Source: Atractiella rhizophila
Taxonomy: Eukaryota
Direction: 5' to 3'
Length of the DNA stretch: 60,099 nt
NCBI GenBank assembly: GCA_021432655.1
Contig: MU271464.1
Span: 1-60,099, forward strand
The notes beneath the pieces were generated by a model. It was not told the DNA's origin and did no database searches. It worked only from the letters and a program-made list of their open reading frames with translations. Both the position numbers and the translations under genes were made by a program. Positions 51,550 through 60,099 of the stretch are shown here, one piece after another. Positions within the stretch are counted from its first letter, which is position 1, and each line of letters begins with the position of its first letter.

Positions 51550-53002
51550 GGTGGGGTGATGCTACCTTAATCAATCACTGTGAAGTTCAGGCTCTTATAT
51601 CTGCTGATAACCACGGCCATCTCGCTGTATTCAGAGGTATCTGTGAATAGGATTACGTGGAGCTGCCGATACGCTCGGGGAGGACGGTGTCGACAGACAG
51701 TGATTAATATCATTATGCCCATGTCAGGTTTCAAGTTGAGGTCGCGCACCTCGCCGGCCTCAGGATATCTCACATGCGGACTAAATGCATATGCAAAGAA
51801 GAGACTTAGGGACATGCAACGTTCAACGTTCAACTTCAAGCTGTAGAGTACAATGCGAGCAAGCGATCCAAAGCGATCAAGCATTCCTGCAGCGCCACTC
51901 TATTGTGCCTGAACAACTGCAGGTTTCCTCCGTCCTCTCCAGGTAATGATGACACCTATGACAGCCAGCCGTGACCCGGTCTCTTGCAACGCCGAATCTA
52001 TACACGTTTATTGTTGTGGCAGTCCTACTGGGTGTTCAATATGGTGTTGGAAGTACTTTCATGCGTTAGCTTTAGTACACGTCGTCAGTAATCATTACGA
52101 TACGAACTTGAATAGACTCATATGATGATGATATGACTCAGTACCTCATGTTGTGTGGATGCTATCGACTATTATGGAATGCCAATGCGAGCGGCTTCAA
52201 GCTTCAAGTTGCAGCCAAGTGAAGCTTTCACCTCGTCTTTTTATATTTCGTGACTGTTTGGTGAAGGCCTTCCACGGACGTGATCACTTTTTAGGGGACA
52301 TAAAGATATCGTCATTGTCTAGCTCGAAATGTTACACTGAAGTGGAGCAGACTGGTTGCTCTCGCAATGGTGTAGCAGGCCGTCAGCTTCTGATGCAAAA
52401 CTTGAGCGCACAGTTACTCACAACTTTGCCATTTGCTCTCCAGGCTCTCCTGCCATGCAACCAGTGACTCCTCATCGGCTCGTAGCTTGCGCTCCACTTA
52501 CCCCTTTCTGCGTTTAAAGAAGACTCGTTGTGATGATTTCAGAGGGACTACTAGAAGTGATGAGTGAAGGTTTTGAAAGAAATGACCAGGTACCACAATG
52601 GATTCGATCAAATGTAGCCAGTCTTCACGCTACACTGCAAGCGTAGCAACAAACGCAGGGAGAGGAGGCAGATTCTGAGATCGATAACCGTACCTGTGTT
52701 AATGGGAGAGACTTGAATGGACAACGCATTAGAGTGTGATGGGAGCAGGCTATGAACGTGTTAATTTTGCACCACTGTAGCTAGCTTCGGACTAGAGATT
52801 CTTAGCCAAACGGGGAGGGCAATGTTATCGCAGGAAATAGGCCTTCGCATTGTTCAGCCACAGGTTATCATGCAACAATCACTAAATTATCGAGTCATTA
52901 GCAGACCTTGACAAAGGTTAAAATTACTTGATCTCACGGACTCAAATAATTTGAAATAGGTTAGAGCTCGCAAACGGAATTTACGGCTAATAAAAGGATG
53001 GC

Positions 53003-53551
53003 ATTATTGGTTTGAAGTTTTGAAATGAGAAAAATATTTTTATTCCATATAATATCTGCACCACAATGCACTCTTTTTGGCCATGGAAGCACGGATTGGA
53101 AATAATCACATTCTATCAACATTTCCTTATTCGGATTGAATGTGCTATGCGAAAGGTAATTTCCATCCATTTCTTGTGAGCCTTTTACACGCATAAAGGT
53201 TAGATGACGAACCTGAAACAGACCTAAACAAGCCCAAACCAGCAGATCGTTTGTGCTGTTCGTTTCTAATTATTAATTATTGGTTTGAAGTTTTGAAATG
53301 AGAAAAATATTTTATTCCATATAATATCTGCACCACAATGCACTCTTTTTGGCCATGAAAGCACGGATTGGAAATAAATAATCACATTCTATCAACATTT
53401 CCTTGTTCGGATAGAATGTGCTATGCGAAAGGTAATTTCCATCCATTTCTTGTGCGCCTTTTACACGCATAAAGGTTAGATGACGAACCTGAAACAGACC
53501 TAAACAAGCCCAAACCAGCAGGTCGTTTGTACTGTTCGTTTCTAATTATTA
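53003..53551 (+). repeat. Intergenic tandem duplication, ~273-bp unit (53003-53275 / 53276-53551)
   Basis: Two AT-rich copies with about six substitutions and a 4-nt insertion; attatt microhomology at the junction. Confidence 0.95.
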
Positions 53552-53755
53552 TTCATCACATTTATTCATGCTTGCGACCCTTTCATTGAACGAGGAAAAG
53601 CAGGCAGATTCGATCAATCGTACAGCCTGCGTTAAGCTTTATAAGTAGCCGTCGTCGATGCAGACAGACAGTAGAACCCATTTTTGGGACTGAACCTGAA
53701 TCTTCGGACTTCTTCCCCCGTTCCTCTTCCTCTAATCTCGGAGCATCTATTGAAC

Positions 53756-54937
53756 ATGTCTGATCTCGACTCGTTCTTTAACCCTTACAGAATCCTTGGA
53801 ATCAACTCCAACGCAACCGCAAAGGATATCAAATGCGCATACCACAGACGCGTCCGTTTCTCATCTTCTCTTTTGACTTTGCTTTTACCATTCCCGGATG
53901 GCAGGCAAGGGAGACACACATCAAGAAGAATCCAGAGAGGCCGAACTGGGCCGCGGAGGAGTTCACGAAGGTGGCGCAGGCGTATGTCGTCCTCACCGAT
54001 GGTGAGCCGTCTGTTGCTTTCTCCTCTTTATGGGCCGAGAATGAATTTTGGCTCGACAGCGAAGAAGAAGCGGGAGTGGGAGTGCGCGTATAACTCGTAT
54101 GAGGGCCAAAAGGAGTCGGAAAATGATGGAAACATGACCTCGAGGAGAAACGATGATGACGCATACCGTCCTACTGAGCGATCACCTCCTCACCCCTCTT
54201 CCTCATTTCGTCATATTCCCCAACCCTCCCACTCTCAATCCCAAAATCAACATCCGAAGCCAACCGCCAATTGTCGTCCCCATCCATTTCCTTCCCACGA
54301 CTCCGCACAGAAGCCCTCATCCAAACTTCACCGTGAATACGCTAGCCCAGCGCACCTTGGAAGGCCGAATGACGATCCGGCTAACATAGGTTCGCGCTCG
54401 CATTCCTATGATAACTATGCACCTCCGCCCGTAGATGCTTTCGATATGTACGACCGGATCGTGCTGGAAGGAATCAGCGGGTGCGATTCCCATGAGAATG
54501 CGTCCGATCCTTTGATGATCATACTGGACCATCTAATACGGCGCCACGGAGTCGGGATGGACAGAGAACGACGCGGCGGACAAAGTGCTCCAGCGGAGAC
54601 CTTCATGGACGCTAGCTCTTCCGCTAGGGACACGGAGACAGATAGCACCATGCAGGAATGGGTAGTTAGAAGGAAGACTCGGTATGTTCGCCACGAACAA
54701 CGGGCTGACGGCTCAAAGCTGCATGAGGAGGTCGTCTTCGAAGACGAACCTGTACGAGCAACGTTTGGCGGGGAAGCGAAACAAGAAGTCGATACAGAAA
54801 GGGTCGTAGGAGGTGCTGGTAGGTGGGGGCCTGAAGACAGGGAGAATGGAAATGATGCGGCCGGGGGGAAGGGGAAGGGGAGAGCACGATGGAGGAGGCG
54901 ATGGTCAATCTCTCCGCCAATTCTCCTTCCGGGTTGA
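53756..54937 (+). CDS. J-domain-like protein (HPD replaced by HIK) with disordered C-terminus; may extend to 55539
   Basis: NPYRILGINSNATAKDIKCAYHRR|ARETHIKKNP......EEFTKVAQAYVVLTD|.KKKREW after removing introns ~53852-53904 and ~54002-54059. Confidence 0.75.
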   Translation: MSDLDSFFNPYRILGINSNATAKDIKCAYHRRVRFSSSLLTLLLPFPDGRQGRHTSRRIQRGRTGPRRSSRRWRRRMSSSPMVSRLLLSPLYGPRMNFGSTAKKKREWECAYNSYEGQKESENDGNMTSRRNDDDAYRPTERSPPHPSSSFRHIPQPSHSQSQNQHPKPTANCRPHPFPSHDSAQKPSSKLHREYASPAHLGRPNDDPANIGSRSHSYDNYAPPPVDAFDMYDRIVLEGISGCDSHENASDPLMIILDHLIRRHGVGMDRERRGGQSAPAETFMDASSSARDTETDSTMQEWVVRRKTRYVRHEQRADGSKLHEEVVFEDEPVRATFGGEAKQEVDTERVVGGAGRWGPEDRENGNDAAGGKGKGRARWRRRWSISPPILLPG

Positions 54938-55972
54938 GGGGTCAGCCTGCAATGAAGAGGCCAAGAAACGAGGGAGCTAGAGGGGTTGGGACTGCGGGTA
55001 AGGATAGCACGAGAAGGAACCATGTTGACGAACCCGATGAGCAGGGTGCAATAAAGAGGACAGGAAACGGCGGAAGTAGAGGCGCTGGGAGCTGGAGTAA
55101 GGATAGCAAGGCAAAGTACGGCGAACCAGACGAGCCTGCGTTTCCGGAGGCGGGACCGAGTGCTCCACTGGCAGGCCAACGTCGCAAGCCTTACTCTACT
55201 CAACTCCCATCACCTCCGCAGAGCTCTACCAAACAGCCTGCTTCCTCGTCTTCAGCGGCAGCGGACAGACCCCCCTCCTGTGTTCACACCCCCTCTCCAG
55301 CTCCACCTACACACACCACCTCTCCCACCTCTCAAATCTCTGGTGGGCCAGTCCATCAACGGAGGAATGAGAATCCGCCACCGAACAACCCACCCACTGC
55401 AACCCCAATCAGTGCCACTTCTCCGCTCCCACGGATAGTGACACCCAGCCGTCCCGCAACAGAGCCAGCCGAGAGCAAGAAGCGGCCCTTTTGGAGTTTA
55501 AGCGCAAAGACATATGTGGCTAAGAAGAGACACATATAGTAATCCCACAGACAAAGATGATGATGAGATGGGCAGGAAGGAAGGAGACGGAGTTCGCATA
55601 TTATTTGTTTCGTCTGTCATCATCGCAATCAGCGAACCATATCACCAAAGCAACCGATTTTCTCAGCCGAACCTAATATTCGAAGTTTTTCATTCATCAC
55701 CATTTGGAACATCACCATTTGCAACCAGAAGCCAAATCTGCGCCTGCACCTAAGTGCATATTTTCACAGAGAATCTAACGCATATTCTCCCAATCGAGCA
55801 CCTCGGGACGGACAAGAACAGAACAATATTTCTCCGTGCCTCCAATATTTCCCGTCTTCCCAAAATTTATTTACAGTCCTTTATTGCCTCAGTCGGACGT
55901 CAAATCCACCAAATCCACCGAATTTTCAAGTTCAATGCAGTTGATAGTTACCATAATCTCAAGGTAGATTAA

Positions 55973-57690
55973 TCAAAGCGGTTGGATATACAGACCATTC
56001 TTGTTGAACTTTCCTTGCGGATCATATTTCGTCTTCAGTTGTTGGAGTTTAGCGTAATTTCCTTGAAAAATCTATTCGATAAATGTTAAGGTCATGATAT
56101 GTGCGACAGGCGGAACGCACCGATTTAGGCTGTAAAAAGTCAGCGGGAGCGTTGGGGAAGCAGTCGCTTTCAGCTGTATTTACTCCTACAATTTGCCTTC
56201 CATTTTGAATAATTCTGTTTGCCTCCTTCTCCACTTTATTGAACGTTCCTGCGTCATCCTGGGCTCTAAATCCCACAGCTAATTGAACAACTGTGTTACG
56301 CTCAGAACGTGGCCAAGCCGTTGAATCGCTGGACCCTGTGGCCTACGGTAACAGTGAGCATTTTCTTTATGCAAAGGAAGTGCTCACAGCGTGATCTATC
56401 TCAAAAACTAGCAATGTGCAAGGAACCTGAAACACAGACGGTTTCGTGGCGTCCGCAAACCACTTCCATCCCCTTAAAAAGGTTTCCTCATCCACCGTCG
56501 TCGTAAGAGGAGCGTACAAGATTGTGTTCATCGTCCCGTATAACTGACACATGTTCTCTTTCAAACGATTAACAAGGGTACAACGTGCGGATGTGAGTGA
56601 GCCTACCGTATCCTGCAACGATTTGACAAAAAGTCTTCAGACCTGTGTCATCACTTAATATCCCGTCCACTTCCCAGATCCACCCGAGGCCGGTTGGCTC
56701 GCTTCCCTTCGCATGCTCTTTTCCCAATGGATCAAATATTTGCACACCAAATGAAGGTCTGGAAGGATCCACACACGCCATAAGGAGGTGGAACGTTGTG
56801 CCTCTGGATAAACTTGAGTTATGCTTTAGCCATTTATCGGCCTGTTTCGCGAATGCGGGAAATGCAGAAGCATCGAAGAAAATGCTCCCACCGTAAATCT
56901 CGCGAGGGTAGGGATGTGCACGCAGGAGGAACGACTTGACGACTGTTTCATCGGTTTGGAATGAAAGTGCAGAGTGGGAATGGAAGATGACCAACCACCA
57001 AAATTCCCCTGACCTCCTCTCAATGCCCACAGGAGCCTGCCACCATCTTCTTCACTAGCCCAAACTTCTCTGCCGTCGTGAATAACCACACGAGCATCCA
57101 AGAAATTCGCTGGATCGCTTCCCCATCCGTACTGGGGACTGAGCCAGCTCGATCCGCCTTATTGGCGGCGTTCTCGTTAGCTACGTTCTTGGTTCCTGAG
57201 GTTAAAACGCACCAGCTATTATGCTGCCTCCCACTCCAACAATGGGAGTGCGCGCTCCCACAACCATATAATCAGGGGCGAATTTCTCCATTTTCTGGTA
57301 CACTCTGTTGCCAATGTAAGTATCACCACCCGCATCATCAGCCTAGATATGGACATACGTTCTCCAATTTTGGCCAGCCCCTAAAAGAACCGTCTTTTCC
57401 TTCTCGTTCCATTTGAATCCATCAAAAGCTTCCATGCTCAGTACCACGTCCTCATTCTGCGATCCCGCGATCCCGCCTGAACGCACGCTGAAGGAGAAAG
57501 GTGAATTGTACAATAGTTTTACTGTCGCGGCCAATTCGATATCCTCTTTTGGGACCAAAACAAGCTTGGGTTGCACTGCGCTGTGATGAAGAGACCATTG
57601 GGTGGTATAGGAAGCGAAACTTGGAGTGTTCGGTAGAAGAATAGAGGATGGCTGGAGGTGTTGCTTGATCTCGCTGATAAAAAGGTCCAT
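55973..57690 (-). CDS. FAD-linked oxidoreductase (FAD_binding_4/BBE-like), paralog B
   Basis: Same motifs and intron positions as paralog A (FSVRSGGIAG, LLWALRGGQGNFG, LKTKYDPQG). Confidence 0.9.
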
Positions 57691-58214
57691 TGCGAACGCT
57701 GCCTTGATCATTCACTGACCCTCAGCCGTATTATATCGATGCTGTATGTCCTCGGTATCCTCGTTCTGATTCATCGATATCCGTAGATACGTTGAGTACT
57801 AGGAAAGGTCGGTACCTGGAAACTGATGCGAATGTAGGGGCGGATGACCGATGCCTTTAGACGATCCGTATCCTGTCGCCCCACACCTTTGTCTACAGGA
57901 TGTCGGGGAGATGGGAGAAGTGTTGAACGTGGTCAGTACCTCCGCGGCGCAATGATACGTCAGACATCGATCAGAAATATTCGCAAATGAACGCCGTTCG
58001 GATTGGAAGGACGGAGATGACAAAATATGGCCTGGGTGGAACCTCTACTACATCTGGATACTGACATTATGCCCAGCTCAATTTCACATCAATATGGATG
58101 GCACTTTCTCTTTCGTGAGTCTGATTATGCCAGCAGTGGATGCGGCCAGTAGCATTAAACGGGAGATCTATGGTTAAAGGACAGAGACATAATTCAGTGT
58201 GGCATTTCTCCACA

Positions 58215-60099
58215 CTATTGCTTCCCCAAAATGATGTCAGCAGCCTTGAGTGAGGTCGCGTAAACTGGTTCCCATGAGTCTGACAAAGCAAAACAATACG
58301 AGAAGAGTACGAACCCATAGGCATGGTGTGACTTGTGATCTCGAGAGGCAGTATAGAAGCGTCCACGATCCGAAGCCTATTGGTCCCATAAGGCTTTAGA
58401 TCAGGTCCAACGACTCCGCCCATTTCTTTGGGAAGCATGGCAGACGAGCCTAGCCAATGACTTGCGCCAAAGGCTGAACCTTGGACATAATCCAGAAGCG
58501 CGCTGTAGAGAATCAATTCCTATTTACCAGAAAAGCGAAAAACACACGTGTCGTTGTTGAATTGATTTAATGGCACTCCCAAGCCCTCTACAAAAAAGCT
58601 GTCGATCAAGGTCGACATGGCGGAGGACTGGTAGACTTTCAATGCTTGCTTCATAATTTGAACGACGACCTTCTGATCAAACTCGTCGGTCAAGAAGCGT
58701 GGAGTAATCTAAAAGGCTGTCAAGGACAGCATACTGTTGAAGAGGAAATGTCATTACCGCAGGATCATCGAATGGATCGGTGGAGACAGCATGACAGGTT
58801 CCCCGAGAGAAAGGCATGGAGGGCCAAAAGATTTGCTGAAGCGAGTTGGGAAGCGCACTACAGACTCAATGATATGAGGTACTCTTCAGGTTGAGGGCAA
58901 AAGGGACTCCTACCTCTCGCCAATAAATTCGGCAATGGGTTGCTTTTCGGTCGTTATCAGTCTGTCGTATCCGGTTTATCACATCGCTTAGAAGTGTTAC
59001 AAGAACTTACTTTGATAAAGCATTGTACAGGGCGGTAGCTCCAGCGACGTTGGGAAGAGCTCCAGCTTTCACAGCAGCTTGAGCCTTCTTGGGGATAGAA
59101 GCGATGAGTTCCTTCTTGAGCGTCTTCGCTGCCGATGAACCAAAAAGTTGGTCGATGGAGGTGAGGGAAATGATGGGGGCGAAGATCAGGCCCGCATCAA
59201 CGAATCCGCTCTGGTTCACGAATTGGGTGGCGAGACTGGCACCAAGCAATGTCCCAGGCTGATCTACGAGGTTCTTTCCCACTCCTGAAAGCTCTAATTT
59301 TTGCGTAATGCCCAACTTCTTCAAAACATCTGATGGACCGAATCCGGATCGTTCAAGGATAGCTGGAGTTTGCAGAGAACCTGAATCCCGTTATTGGTTA
59401 AAGATATGGATGTAGTGTGTACCAACCCGCAGCAAGAATGATTTCCTTTGTTCCCCTTAACTCGATCCCTTTCCCGCCTTTCTCAGAGCGTATCTCCATT
59501 CCAGTTGCTTTGTTCTTCGCATCGGTAATGACTTTGGCGACTCGAGTGTTTGTCAACACTGTAAGCTTGCCAGCCTTGATGTTGTTCTGGTTGTAAAGAA
59601 AGCCTTGAGCCGCGCTGGATCGCTGATTCACTCCAGTTTTAGCATTGAACCTAGTAAATTTATGTTAATACCTCCTATTCCCTTCGGAGGAAGGGCAAGC
59701 TGACTTGATGTCCCACACGGTGTTGGCGACAACAGCACCTGCTTGGAGTTAGGTGAAATTGGTGAAGAGGAAGAAATTTGTACCTGTTCGCGAAGAAAGA
59801 TCCTTGAGAACAGGAATACCACTGAAGACCTTGGAGAAGGCGGTCTTGTAACGGGCAACTAGGCTTGGAATCCGCAATGGTGTCTGGTTCACATTCAGGA
59901 TTACTCTTCATGGCAAACATTCCGACTTACCGAGAAGCTGACGTTGATAGGACCTCCCTTGCCATGAGAACTTGCATCGAAGGTTGCACCTAGAAGCTGC
60001 TCTGCCTTGGAAGGTACATTGAAGTTCTCTACTGCTTCAAGGTATGGGGTCAGTTCCTTCGCGTTCCATCCTGGATTTCCTAGCTCTGTAAGAAGCTTT
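58215..60099 (-). CDS. GMC oxidoreductase AA3_2, glucose oxidase/dehydrogenase-like (5' part beyond window)
   Basis: RSSAAQGFL, LTVLTNTRVAKVI, KEIILAAG|SLQTPAILERSGFG, GVGKNLVDQ, HAFLSGNLS, SHWLGSSAMLPKEMGGVV...RIVDASILP..TSHTM (His/His catalytic pair), KAADII. Confidence 0.92.

Noticed and set aside
1..60099. CRISPR arrays, rRNA, tRNA, prokaryotic operons, telomere-linked RecQ helicase, Starship captain recombinase
   Set aside because: No repeat-spacer array, no recognisable structural RNA, and no helicase or tyrosine-recombinase motifs were seen. The DNA is intron-rich eukaryotic sequence. A tRNA could be missed by eye.

Overview
This window is the left end of a fungal chromosome. It begins with (CCCTAA)n, and the short, dense introns and gene content point to a basidiomycete; I cannot name the species. 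The distal ~8 kb is a patchwork of gene debris: a probable degenerate non-LTR retroelement whose 3' end abuts the telomere, a PMA1 H+-ATPase 5' fragment fused in frame to a FunK1-type kinase (two homopolymer frameshifts), and an MDR/enoyl-reductase pseudogene interrupted by a 5'-truncated LINE. Next is the most striking structure. A sugar-porter transporter (+), a DUF6534-like membrane protein (-) and a secreted GH32 beta-fructofuranosidase (-) are bracketed by a ~360-430 bp inverted repeat, which is also the upstream region of both the transporter and the GH32 gene. Further in are an HNH-like gene, an RS-rich protein, a PAF-acetylhydrolase and an amidase (each with a partial tandem copy that looks like a diverged allele), EDC4/Pdc1, an APH-like relic, a PIN-fold protein and COX5. 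The window ends with a Zn-ADH, two paralogous FAD-linked oxidases, a J-like protein lacking HPD, and the 3' part of an AA3_2 GMC oxidoreductase. All calls come from motifs read by eye and no database search was run. Exon boundaries and identities are approximate.
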